A model generated the notes under the pieces. It worked only from the letters and a program-made list of their open reading frames with translations. It was not told the DNA's origin and ran no database searches. Source: a virus (Duplodnaviria; Caudoviricetes). Taken from it: a stretch of 30,783 bases of DNA. Positions 7,593 to 16,503 of this stretch are shown here, piece after piece (the stretch's first letter is position 1; each line of letters begins with the position of its first letter). The stretch spans positions 1-30,783 of the IMG/VR virus record IMGVR_UViG_3300044449_000059; one strand, given 5' to 3'. The translations under genes were made by a program, and so were the position numbers.

Positions 7593-8120
7593 ATGATCAC
7601 GCAAGCCGATCTCGATACCTGGTCCAAGGTACAAAAGGCGATTGCCGCCGAGGCGCGGCGGCTTTGTGCGCAATCTTGCGGCGATGCTCCGAATTGCCGG
7701 GGCTGCAATGCGGCCACGCATCGGGATTGGCGGCGTGATGGATTTGAGGCGCTGCGCAAACGTGCGCGGGTGGGTGAGATCCAGCCGGGTGAGGCCTTTG
7801 ATCGTTTCTGGGCCGCGTATCCGCGCGGTCGCAAATCCGGCAAAGCCGATGCGAAACGGGTGTTTGTGCAGATCGTCACCGGAAAGCACCGCGATCTTGT
7901 CGCCACCCCGCATGAGCTGATCCTGGGTGCGATGCGCTACGGCGCGGTGATGGGTGACAATCACCGCTTTGTGGTGATGCCCGCCCGCTGGCTGCGCGAG
8001 GGGCGCTGGCAGGATGAGGATATGGGCTTTGGCCATCTTTCCCAGCCCGCTCAAAATCAGGTTATGACCGCCTTTGATGAGCTCATGGCCGAGCTCGGCG
8101 GTGCCCCGGTCGATGGGTGA
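7593..8120 (+). CDS. Protein with phage replication-initiator-like C-terminal domain
   Basis: AFDRFWAAYPRGRKSGKADA...FVVMPARWLREGRWQDE; AGGAG RBS; N-terminal Cys cluster. Confidence 0.7.
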   Translation: MITQADLDTWSKVQKAIAAEARRLCAQSCGDAPNCRGCNAATHRDWRRDGFEALRKRARVGEIQPGEAFDRFWAAYPRGRKSGKADAKRVFVQIVTGKHRDLVATPHELILGAMRYGAVMGDNHRFVVMPARWLREGRWQDEDMGFGHLSQPAQNQVMTAFDELMAELGGAPVDG

Positions 8121-8670
8121 TGCCCGTGCGGTGGCCTTGCCCCGCGATCTGGCCCCTGTCACGTCTGAGCATGCGCGCATGCTGGAGGCCACCGGAGGCC
8201 GGATCACGCCCACAACGTTACTGATTTCCGAGAATGCCTTGCCCGCGATTGTCTCTGAGCTGGAGGCGCTATGCGTGCCCACGACGCCCGAGCGCGGGGT
8301 GGAATGGGCGCGGTTCTTGACCGGGTGTTATCCCACTTTCAAGGCCCATGATCCCAAGGTGTATGTGCGGGCGATCAGCTCGCTATTCGCCGAGACGCCC
8401 GAGGACTTGTGCCGGATCGGCGTGGATCGCATGTCGCGGAGCTTCAAATTCCCACCCTCGCGGGCCGAGGTGCATGAGGTGCTGGAGGAGCTGCGCCGTG
8501 AGCGGATGGGTAAGATCGCGATTGCCAAAGCGATGCAGCGAGAACATGCGCGGCGGCGCGAGGAGGCCCAGGAGGCCGAACGTCGAGCCGAGGAGCGCCG
8601 CAAATGGCGCGAGAAACATGGTGACAAAAGCACGCTCGATGTAGTCCTGAGTGAGATCAAGAGGCCCTGA
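8113..8670 (+). CDS. Helicase loader/inhibitor-like phage protein
   Basis: FLTGCYP...FKFPPSRAEV motif and position after the initiator-like gene; function inferred. Confidence 0.55.
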   Translation: MGDARAVALPRDLAPVTSEHARMLEATGGRITPTTLLISENALPAIVSELEALCVPTTPERGVEWARFLTGCYPTFKAHDPKVYVRAISSLFAETPEDLCRIGVDRMSRSFKFPPSRAEVHEVLEELRRERMGKIAIAKAMQREHARRREEAQEAERRAEERRKWREKHGDKSTLDVVLSEIKRP

Positions 8671-8689
8671 TCTCCCACCATTTCACCGA

Positions 8690-9220
8690 TCAACGCACTT
8701 TGTGCGACGGTACTTTCCCAAATTTCTCCTCTGCATCGCTCATAAGGGCGGCATCCAAAAACGTCTTGAGAGCTGAGAGCTCGGTTTTTGTCTCGCCGTC
8801 CTCATTGGCGTCCTTGGCTTTTGGATTGTCCTTGTGAAACGATGCCAGCGTTGCCCGGATAAACTGACTGAACAGGAGCTCGTCTCTTTCGTTTTGCGTC
8901 ATACCCGACACGACCCGATTGAACGCCTTGAAACTTGAAATCCCCAAGCTCTCGGTTTGGTACGGCTCCCGTGACTTCGCCCACTCTGAGGATCGGATCA
9001 CCTCAAGGGCGTCCTCCTCTGATATCCATTGTTTTTCGGCCATGATCGATCCTCCTAATATCCGCAAGCGGCTACGCAACCTTTGAAACGCCCTGAGCGG
9101 CCAAAACACGACAATCGCCCCAAGGACGATTAGCGCCACGCGCACAAAGGGTAAATTGAGGAATGCCAGGACGGCAATGCTCTGAGCCCCGAACCAAGTA
9201 ATGATCGGGTCATAATTCAT
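8690..9220 (-). CDS. Moron-like membrane-anchored hypothetical protein
   Basis: Hydrophobic N-terminus, AT-richer codons; strong internal AGGAGG-ATG at 9043. Confidence 0.65.
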   Translation of the reverse strand: MNYDPIITWFGAQSIAVLAFLNLPFVRVALIVLGAIVVFWPLRAFQRLRSRLRILGGSIMAEKQWISEEDALEVIRSSEWAKSREPYQTESLGISSFKAFNRVVSGMTQNERDELLFSQFIRATLASFHKDNPKAKDANEDGETKTELSALKTFLDAALMSDAEEKFGKVPSHKVR

Positions 9221-9402
9221 GTTGGCCAGCCAGGTTGCCCATTGATCAAGCGCGCTCGGAATGCCTCCAAATCCAATGATCCAGAGAGCAAAGCCGAATA
9301 AGCGCCAGGGCCAGCTAATGAGGTTTCGAGTGCGTTTCCATATACGCCGGAAGATGGCGTAAGAATTGCAGAAAGTAGAGTCGAATTAACAACTTGGCGC
9401 AT
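9217..9402 (-). CDS. Possible 61-aa hypothetical protein
   Basis: TAATG and ATGA overlaps with both neighbours; no recognisable motif. Confidence 0.3.
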   Translation of the reverse strand: MRQVVNSTLLSAILTPSSGVYGNALETSLAGPGAYSALLSGSLDLEAFRARLINGQPGWPT

Positions 9403-9605
9403 TACTTATCTGCCTTCTCATCAAGCTTGCGCTCGATCCGCTCCAGCGAGCGGGTGATCCGATCCATGCTTTCCTCATGGTGCTTGTCCTGGATTTCCTG
9501 TTTGGTCTCCAGGATCGCCACGCGGCCTTTGAGGTGGAACCATTGCGCGACCAAGCCAATCGCCATGCCGCCCCAGGTGAGGATATCTTTGAGACTGACC
9601 TCCAT
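9402..9605 (-). CDS. Small single-TM plus coiled-coil protein of the lysis cluster
   Basis: MEVSLKDILTWGGMAIGLVAQWF...LERIERKLDEKADK; TGATG overlap. Confidence 0.75.
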   Translation of the reverse strand: MEVSLKDILTWGGMAIGLVAQWFHLKGRVAILETKQEIQDKHHEESMDRITRSLERIERKLDEKADK

Positions 9606-10039
9606 CACACCGCCCCCCTGATCAGGCGGCGCGCATGCCATCGGATCGCGCCGATCCGCACGGCGGCGAACATCGCGCCACGCCAAAGGCCGGGCATGCC
9701 AAGCACACCGAGCGCCTCGTGAAACACCCGGTCGCAATACCGGCGCGTGTATTTCCCGCTCTCCAACATCCAATCATGCAGCGCGGCGGCTTGGATGTAA
9801 TCCGGGTGCGCCATCGGCACGAGCATGCGGAACGGGAGCGGCACCGATGCGCCATCAAAGACGAATGAACCGGGCACCGTGATCACCTCGGTGGGGTTGT
9901 CCAGATCGCCCACGGCATACTCAAACCCGATCCAGATTTTCCAGCGAGGCCGCTGCATGCCGGGCGGCAAGATGCGCCGCCAGCCTCGCGGCTTACCTTG
10001 CACGGCGGTGACGATGAGGGGTTGCGTAAAGCTCGACAT
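9605..10039 (-). CDS. DUF1353 family phage protein
   Basis: VPGSFVFDGASVP, AAALHDW, CDRVFHEAL, MFAAVR. Confidence 0.85.
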   Translation of the reverse strand: MSSFTQPLIVTAVQGKPRGWRRILPPGMQRPRWKIWIGFEYAVGDLDNPTEVITVPGSFVFDGASVPLPFRMLVPMAHPDYIQAAALHDWMLESGKYTRRYCDRVFHEALGVLGMPGLWRGAMFAAVRIGAIRWHARRLIRGAV

Positions 10040-10317
10040 TAGACGCCCGCCCCGCTGATCTTGGCGAGCTCGGCGCGCCGATCCGCACTGGCCTGGGTGT
10101 GCAGATCGCAAAGCTCGGCCCGATAAATCCCCGCTGCGCATGCCCGCGCTACGGTATCATCGATCCGATCTTGATCCTTGATGGTCTCGCCTTTTGCGCC
10201 GGGGAGCGCATCGCCTATAGTGCGCTCAACGCCCCCGACACTGGCCGGTTGCAAAGTCGAACACGCCGCCATCGTCAATACAGCGCTCAAAAACAGAGCT
10301 TGCCTGATCAGCCGCAT
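10039..10317 (-). CDS. o-spanin (Rz1-like) lipoprotein
   Basis: Signal peptide with lipobox LTMAAC; overlaps the i-spanin gene by 92 nt in another frame. Confidence 0.75.
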   Translation of the reverse strand: MRLIRQALFLSAVLTMAACSTLQPASVGGVERTIGDALPGAKGETIKDQDRIDDTVARACAAGIYRAELCDLHTQASADRRAELAKISGAGV

Positions 10318-10444
10318 CTCCTGCCTCCTGATTTAGTTGGTTGATTTCCGCCTCGGCGCTTTCGCGGCCCAGGCCGTAGATGCTGGCGGCAACGGCGGAG
10401 ATCGCCACAACCGCCAGCGCGATGAGCATGGGCCGGGGGATCAT
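10226..10444 (-). CDS. i-spanin (Rz-like), 72 aa
   Basis: N-terminal TM MIPRPMLIALAVVAISAVAASIYGLG, helical periplasmic part with two Cys; ATGA overlap with lysozyme. Confidence 0.7.
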   Translation of the reverse strand: MIPRPMLIALAVVAISAVAASIYGLGRESAEAEINQLNQEAGDAADQASSVFERCIDDGGVFDFATGQCRGR

Positions 10445-11259
10445 GCGACCCCCGAGAGGCAAAGGGTGGTTTCCTCGGCTCGCCGGTTGACCAGGCCGCG
10501 CACAACGCGCCCGCCCGCCTTGTTCCACCAGCCAAGCGCCTCGCATGCGCCCGCGATATTGGCCTGGTTGAGCCGTCGCACGGCGGTGCTTTTGGCGGTG
10601 CCGGAAACACCCACATTGCAGGCCAGGCTGGTGAATGCCACATCCCGCTCGACCGGCAATCGGGCGCGCACGGTCTCGGGCGTGAAGGCGGGCCGGAGCC
10701 CGTCCCGATAGGCGATGATCTCGCGCGCAAACATCGCATCGCATTGGGCCTTGGTGTAGCTGTCGCCGAGCTTCACGCCCTTGGTTTCGCCATAGCAAAC
10801 CGTAGGCACGCCCACGATATCGAGATAGGCCTCCAATCGAAGCCCCTCCCATCGGCCAATGAAGGGGATCGCAACCTCCAGAAAGGTGGCATCGGGGCTT
10901 GCGCTTGGGCTGGTGGTCGCGGCGATCTCCGCTTGCGGCGGCGTGGCCACGCTCAGATCGAGCGCACCTTTGCCGGTGCCCTGGCCGAGATAGAGCGCCA
11001 GCCCCAGCACCACGGCCAGAGCGCCCACCACCCAGGGCGAATTGGTTTTCGAGCGGTCAATGCCCTGATCCCAGATGCGCCCGATGATGCCGTAGATCAG
11101 CAAGGCGATCCCGGCGATCCACCAGATGCGCGGATTGGTATCGACGCCCCAGCCCCAAAAGATGATCTCGGGCAGCAGAAGGCAAAAGAGGCTGGCATAG
11201 AATGCCCACATGCTATGCGCGCTCTTGGCCACGGATTTCCAGTTTGCAATGAGTTTCAT
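10441..11259 (-). CDS. GH24 lysozyme endolysin with multi-TM holin-like N-terminus
   Basis: E-x8-D-x5-T triad (EGLRLEAYLDIVGVPT), GLVNRRAEE; GGAGG RBS before ATG 11259; three hydrophobic segments. Confidence 0.88.
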   Translation of the reverse strand: MKLIANWKSVAKSAHSMWAFYASLFCLLLPEIIFWGWGVDTNPRIWWIAGIALLIYGIIGRIWDQGIDRSKTNSPWVVGALAVVLGLALYLGQGTGKGALDLSVATPPQAEIAATTSPSASPDATFLEVAIPFIGRWEGLRLEAYLDIVGVPTVCYGETKGVKLGDSYTKAQCDAMFAREIIAYRDGLRPAFTPETVRARLPVERDVAFTSLACNVGVSGTAKSTAVRRLNQANIAGACEALGWWNKAGGRVVRGLVNRRAEETTLCLSGVA

Positions 11260-11288
11260 GGGAACCTCCAAAGGGTTGAGATGGATGA

Positions 11289-11924
11289 TCAGGCCTGTGG
11301 CTCGATGAGCGCGCCGGTCTGGAGTTTGAAGAGGATGAAGGTCTGGAGCTTGAGGATGTGCTTGGACCAATCGCGCATATTCGCGGCCACGTTGCCGGTG
11401 AAGGCGTAGCGGCGCAGACGCCATGCGAGAAACTCGGTCACAACCTCATCAACCGCCTCGGCGGATACCGGACGATCCAGATGATCGGCGATCTTGATCA
11501 AAAGCCGCTCGGCCACCTTCTGGCCCTGGTGAATGGCGCAATCAAAGACGGCCACGGCCAACTCGGGCGGCATCTCATCGCAATGCAACGCATCCCAAAG
11601 CTCGCGCGCCTCGGTGGCTCCGCTCCCGTCACTGTGACCGGCCATGCTGAACCCCACGGCCTGATCAAAGATCGAGGGCGCATCCGGGGTTTGCGTCTCG
11701 CCCGTGGTGCCTTGCTGATCGCCCGTTTGATTGCCCGTGCCTTGCGCCAGGGCGTCATTGGTGCCCGCCGGTGTCTCGGTATTCGGCGTCTGATCGGTGC
11801 TGGGTTTCGCATCCGATTTGGTTGCCTCGGCCACGGCCTTGGCGGCTGCGGCGTCTTTTGCGGCTTTGGCCTCGGCCCGCTTTTTCGCGGCGGCGGCTTT
11901 TTGTTCTTCGGTTAGTTTGGCCAT
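11289..11924 (-). CDS. Degenerate GH108 muramidase-like protein with low-complexity N-terminus
   Basis: WDALHCDEMPPELAVAVFDCAIHQG matches the GH108 core; EGGY motif missing; AAGGAAG RBS. Confidence 0.65.
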   Translation of the reverse strand: MAKLTEEQKAAAAKKRAEAKAAKDAAAAKAVAEATKSDAKPSTDQTPNTETPAGTNDALAQGTGNQTGDQQGTTGETQTPDAPSIFDQAVGFSMAGHSDGSGATEARELWDALHCDEMPPELAVAVFDCAIHQGQKVAERLLIKIADHLDRPVSAEAVDEVVTEFLAWRLRRYAFTGNVAANMRDWSKHILKLQTFILFKLQTGALIEPQA

Positions 11925-11962
11925 GTCACTTCCTTTCGATGGCGGTTTGGTTGCTGGCGCGC

Positions 11963-12379
11963 CTATCGCTGGCGCACCTCCAGCCCCCGCGCGCGGAGTG
12001 CGCTCGTGAGCTCATCGACCGCATCCTGACCGACCTCGGGAGCCAGAAAGCCGAGGCCCTCTTGCTCCAATTCTGCGACGGCCCGCGCGAGCCAGGGATT
12101 ACCCTTGCGCGCCGGTTGCTTGACCGATTTGACGGGATGCGCCGCGCCCTTCCACTTGAGGGCTTTCTTGCGTTTGGGCTTGATGGTGATCGCTGGACGG
12201 CCATCGTGCACGGCCCGCGCATAGGGCGTATTGGCCGACAGGATCGCATCATCACTGCCCGAGGGCTCGACCACATGGGATTTGCGCAGATCGCCGCGAT
12301 CAAAGGGCACGTTGCCCTGGCGGGTTGCGATCTCGCGCACCTTCTCGGCGATCATCAAGGCGAGGCGCTGGAGGTTCAC
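11963..12379 (-). CDS. Neck/tail-completion protein (HK97 gp10 / Mu gpG-like)
   Basis: VPFDRGDLRKS, NTPYARAVHDG, GNPWLARA. Confidence 0.75.
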   Translation of the reverse strand: MNLQRLALMIAEKVREIATRQGNVPFDRGDLRKSHVVEPSGSDDAILSANTPYARAVHDGRPAITIKPKRKKALKWKGAAHPVKSVKQPARKGNPWLARAVAELEQEGLGFLAPEVGQDAVDELTSALRARGLEVRQR

Positions 12380-14109
12380 GACAACACCTCCACCCCAAAG
12401 CCCGCGCCACCGCCGAGCTTGGCGCGCCCATCGGCGGCAAGGGCGATGGCCCAGAACAGATCGCCATGCCCGCTTTCATCGCGCTCGGCATCGTATTTGA
12501 TCGAGGTGCCACTGATCACCTTTTGGATCGAGTGGAGCTGAGCTAGCACATCGGGATCATTGGGCAGGAGGAGGCGACGTTCTTCGCAGAGCTTGAGCAT
12601 GTTAAGCGCCAGGCGCGCCTTGCGCTGCGCCGAGAACCACACCCCCTCGAAACGCTCGGGGCTGGAAACGTGAAGCTCCTCGGCAAGCTGCATGCCAAGG
12701 CCGGTTTTATCGACCTTCCAATTTTCCACATCGAAACGCCCATCCAGCTCGTGGATCGCGGCTTTCTGCGCGTTGAACGGGAGCCCCTTGTGGAGCTTGT
12801 GATAAAGCAGCGCAAAGCGATCTTTCCATTTGTCGCGCTGGTATTCCTGGCCGATGATCGCCAGCGCCGTGCGGTCATTGATCCGGCCCACATCGACGCC
12901 GCCGCGCAACCGTCCAAACCGGGCCGGGATGATCTCGGTGGTGGTGAGCGCGTGCAGCAATTCCCAGGAGAGAAGCGCCGAGCCATTCTCGGCCCATTTG
13001 CACTCGTAGAACATCGCCCAGCTCTCGCTATCAAAGAGCATGCGCAGCTCATCGAGCTCGCCGGGCAGCGGCATGCCTTGCGCGATTGCCTCCTCGATGG
13101 TGATGGTCCAGCGCCGCCAATGGCCGTGCTTGTTCTGGTGATTGGTGGCGATCTCCCAAAAGAGCGATCCGGGCAAGAACGGGGTGGAAAACACCGTGAC
13201 ACGGCCACCGATGGCGGTGATCGAGGGAATGACCGCCGCCCAGAGCATCTTTTGATTGCGCACCCAGGCAAACTCATCGAGCCACACATCGCCCGGCCAG
13301 CCCTGCGCCGTGCGAAAGTTGGTGGACACGGCCACGATATCGGAGCCCATGACAACGATCTTGTTGGCCTTATCCTCATCGAGGAGCACCCCCAGCCGCT
13401 CGGCATGGTGGCGCACATATCCGAGGATGATTTGGGCCTGCCTTTCGGAGGCTGAAACCACGATTTGCGGACGCCGCGCCATTGCCCCCAAAAGCACCGC
13501 CAGCCCCACCACGTAGGAGAAACCGATCTGGCGCGCCTTGAGCACGATACGAAAGCGATCTTCGCTCTCCAGGAACTCGCGTTGATAGTCGTAAAGCCCG
13601 TAATCGGGATCTAAAACCCGTGCCAACGTATCGGCGGAGACGGCATCGGCCACGATGGGGCGCGGCTTTGGTTTGGGCGCGAGTTTCTTCATGCGCTCCA
13701 ATGACTTGGTGAGCATGGCGAGGCGCTGCGTTTGCGCATTGGTGAGGCTCTTGCGGCGGCTCAGGCGGAGGATTTGCGCCTCCAGCCCATCGGTTGTCTC
13801 GCGGCGCTGGCGGAGCTCGCTCATCCAATCGCCCGCCTTGATCCAATGGCGCACCGTGCGCGGGCTGCACCCGATCCGCTCGGCGATCTCCGCCGAACTG
13901 TCACCCGCCAGAAATTCGAGATACGCGGCCTCTTTTTGAGCGTCAGAATATTTGGGGGGACGGCCACGGGATTTAGATGCCCCGGAGAGCGCCTGAGTGG
14001 ACTCAGAATTGCCCTTCTCGGCTTTTTTGGTATCATGGGTGCCGCCAGCACCTAACGACGCTCTACGGGCCGCTCTGGGGCTCTTTGGGTTTTGGATGTG
14101 ATCCACCAT
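12376..14109 (-). CDS. Terminase large subunit with N-terminal HTH (P2 gpP / Mu gp28-like)
   Basis: KARQIGFS Walker A, WLDEFAW Walker B, GVDVGR and HGDLFWAIALA nuclease motifs. Confidence 0.93.
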   Translation of the reverse strand: MVDHIQNPKSPRAARRASLGAGGTHDTKKAEKGNSESTQALSGASKSRGRPPKYSDAQKEAAYLEFLAGDSSAEIAERIGCSPRTVRHWIKAGDWMSELRQRRETTDGLEAQILRLSRRKSLTNAQTQRLAMLTKSLERMKKLAPKPKPRPIVADAVSADTLARVLDPDYGLYDYQREFLESEDRFRIVLKARQIGFSYVVGLAVLLGAMARRPQIVVSASERQAQIILGYVRHHAERLGVLLDEDKANKIVVMGSDIVAVSTNFRTAQGWPGDVWLDEFAWVRNQKMLWAAVIPSITAIGGRVTVFSTPFLPGSLFWEIATNHQNKHGHWRRWTITIEEAIAQGMPLPGELDELRMLFDSESWAMFYECKWAENGSALLSWELLHALTTTEIIPARFGRLRGGVDVGRINDRTALAIIGQEYQRDKWKDRFALLYHKLHKGLPFNAQKAAIHELDGRFDVENWKVDKTGLGMQLAEELHVSSPERFEGVWFSAQRKARLALNMLKLCEERRLLLPNDPDVLAQLHSIQKVISGTSIKYDAERDESGHGDLFWAIALAADGRAKLGGGAGFGVEVLS

Positions 14110-14123
14110 TGCCTCACACGCCC

Positions 14124-15383
14124 TCAGAGCTTGGCCAGGAGCGCGGCAAGCGTCTCAACCGGGGTTGTGGGTGCAGATTTTGTGATGCCGTCCTGAGCAT
14201 CCTCTGAGGTGCTCTGTGCGCGTCCCTGCAAAAACGGCAACAGCGCGCGGGCCTCTGGTCCTGAGATGATGCCCGCCTGCACAAGCTCGGGCAGGTTCTC
14301 GGCATCGTCTTTGGGCGGTGTGAGATCGAGCGGGCGGAAGGCTACCTGATTATCGCCCAATCCTTCCTCGGCAATGCCCGGCTCGACGCCGATCTCGGTG
14401 AGAAGCGGGCGGAGCTGATCGAGCATGCGCCGCCGTTTGGGTTTCAAGGTCAGATGCTCGAAGGTGAAAAGCTGGCCCGACACCTCGCCCCCGCCGCCGA
14501 GCTGGCCAGCGGTCATGATCCCCAGCATGCGGGGCGGCACGCCGTGGGCCACGGGAATACGGTCGCGGGCGGCATCGATGAGCTTGAGGAAATCCCCATC
14601 CTTCATATCCGCCGTGAGCTTGTCGATCTTGATCTCGCCCTCTTCGGGGTGATGCAGGATCAAGGTGCGATGCGCGTTATCAAGCCCCTGAAATTCATTG
14701 CGAAAGAAGTTTTGAATATCGCGTTTCATCTGGGCCGATGGCGTGGTGCCCTTGAAGGTGATCGCGTATTCGGGAATGGCGTTGTTTTTGAAAAACGATG
14801 CGTTGTAGCGGGTGGCCGCATAGGCCAATTCCAGCATGCCCTCGGCCCCGATCCAGGTGGGCAGGGCATAGCGTCGCCCCTCGGGGCAGAGCTCTTTGAG
14901 CTGCACAATCTCCTGGGCGGTAAAGGTAATTTTCTTGGTCTCGCCGTTTAGCTTTGGCACCCGCTGGAGAAACCCATTGCGATAGCGGCACATGGTGATC
15001 GCGGGCAGACGGCGAAGCCCCAGAATGCGCTCACCATCACGGGAGCGGATCACTTGCAAAAAGGCATTGCCGTAGGTCTCAAGATCGAGATCGAGCGAGG
15101 TAAAGAGCTCCGCCGCCCCGGTATCGCAAAGGGCCTCGATCCTGGCCGCGCCGCCGCCCTGCAATCCGCCGCCAAAGGCGCTCTCGGCCTTGACGTGAAT
15201 GGCCCGGTTGTGCTCGGCGCTGGAGCGATAGAGGAGCGCCAGATTGCGCGGCGGGATCGGCCAGAGATACTCACCATCAAGCCCCACCTCCTGGCGGGAT
15301 GTGAGTAGCGCGTCGATGCCTGATTTCAGGACGGCGGAGGAGCCGAATTTTGGCTCGTGATCTGGGGTTTCTGTATCGCTCAT
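14124..15383 (-). CDS. Portal protein, PBSX/P2 gpQ family
   Basis: ETYGNAFLQ, RYNASFFKNNAIP, KDGDFLKL, AHGVPPRMLGI. Confidence 0.92.
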   Translation of the reverse strand: MSDTETPDHEPKFGSSAVLKSGIDALLTSRQEVGLDGEYLWPIPPRNLALLYRSSAEHNRAIHVKAESAFGGGLQGGGAARIEALCDTGAAELFTSLDLDLETYGNAFLQVIRSRDGERILGLRRLPAITMCRYRNGFLQRVPKLNGETKKITFTAQEIVQLKELCPEGRRYALPTWIGAEGMLELAYAATRYNASFFKNNAIPEYAITFKGTTPSAQMKRDIQNFFRNEFQGLDNAHRTLILHHPEEGEIKIDKLTADMKDGDFLKLIDAARDRIPVAHGVPPRMLGIMTAGQLGGGGEVSGQLFTFEHLTLKPKRRRMLDQLRPLLTEIGVEPGIAEEGLGDNQVAFRPLDLTPPKDDAENLPELVQAGIISGPEARALLPFLQGRAQSTSEDAQDGITKSAPTTPVETLAALLAKL

Positions 15384-15540
15384 GAGTTGAGAGATACATC
15401 ACGAAAAGCGCGGGCAATATTCCCCTAAGCCTTTGATTGTCAAGGTTCTGACACTCTCCGCCTCGCCCATCTTTCACGACAATTTCCGATCAGGCAAGAG
15501 TGTTTCAAGCAAAACGAAACATGCCCCAGGAGCCTGACCC
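15384..15540. promoter_or_regulatory. Divergent late-promoter region with two palindromes
   Basis: Between divergent portal and protease genes; TGTCA-N6-TGACA 15438-15453 and TGTTTC-N9-GAAACA 15501-15521. Confidence 0.55.
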
Positions 15541-16503
15541 TTGGCCAAGCTGAAAGACCTTTCTGTGAGCTTCCTGTCGCTGGTGAAAACCCCGGCGACC
15601 GGCAAGGGTTTGACCCTCAAATCGGCCAAGCCCGGCGAGCGCGCCTCAACCTTCGAAATCGTCAAAACCGACGATGAGCGCATGGTGGCGTATGGGATCG
15701 TCTATGCCCCCGATCAGGAGGATGCGCATGGCGACACCGCCAGCGCCGATACCATCCGCAAGGCGTGTTACGAGTTTATGCGTGAGGGGCGGCTCAAAAA
15801 CATTGATACCGAGCATTCTTTCACCAATGAGAGCGCCTATGTCTGCGAATGCTGGCTCGTTCGAAAAGGCGATGAACTGTTCCCATCCGAGCCCGAGGGC
15901 GCATGGGCCGTGGGTATTCGCATCGGCGATCCCGATCTTTGGAAACAACTGAAATCCGGCGAGCTGACTGGCATCTCATTGGCTGGCATCGCTCGCATGG
16001 AGCCCGAGCCGGATGATCCGGCCCACCCTCGGTACACCGAGAAAGACGCCGCGCCCGGATGGTTCACGTCCTGGCTCAAATCCATGACCGGCGTGAACCC
16101 AACCACACCCAAGGAGACTGACATGGACAAGAATGAGGTCCAGGAGATCGTGCGCGACACGCTTAAAAGCGAGCTGGGCGATGCGATCACCACGGCGCTG
16201 AAATCCGCCGGTATTGGCGATCAGGCCACCCCCAAAGACCCCGAGCCCACCGAGGTTGAGAAAGCGGTTGCCGCCGCGCTCAAAGCCGCCGGGATCGAGC
16301 CCAAAACCCCCGCCGCCGAGAATGGCGATGGTGGTGACGGCGATCCGGCGGAGGGCGGTGAGACCGATATTGAGAAGGCCATCGCCAAGGCGCTTGGCGG
16401 TTTCGAGGCCAAGCTCGACGACAAAATCACCAAAGCGCTCGCAAAGGGCGTCACCGAAACTGACCCGGCATCGGGCGTCAAGTCTGAGGAGAGCTTCCTA
16501 TGA
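15541..16503 (+). CDS. XkdF-like prohead protease fused to scaffold
   Basis: VSFLSLVKTPA, YGIVYAPDQEDAHGD, IDTEH, GELTGISLAG; AGGAG RBS before TTG. Confidence 0.88.
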   Translation: MAKLKDLSVSFLSLVKTPATGKGLTLKSAKPGERASTFEIVKTDDERMVAYGIVYAPDQEDAHGDTASADTIRKACYEFMREGRLKNIDTEHSFTNESAYVCECWLVRKGDELFPSEPEGAWAVGIRIGDPDLWKQLKSGELTGISLAGIARMEPEPDDPAHPRYTEKDAAPGWFTSWLKSMTGVNPTTPKETDMDKNEVQEIVRDTLKSELGDAITTALKSAGIGDQATPKDPEPTEVEKAVAAALKAAGIEPKTPAAENGDGGDGDPAEGGETDIEKAIAKALGGFEAKLDDKITKALAKGVTETDPASGVKSEESFL

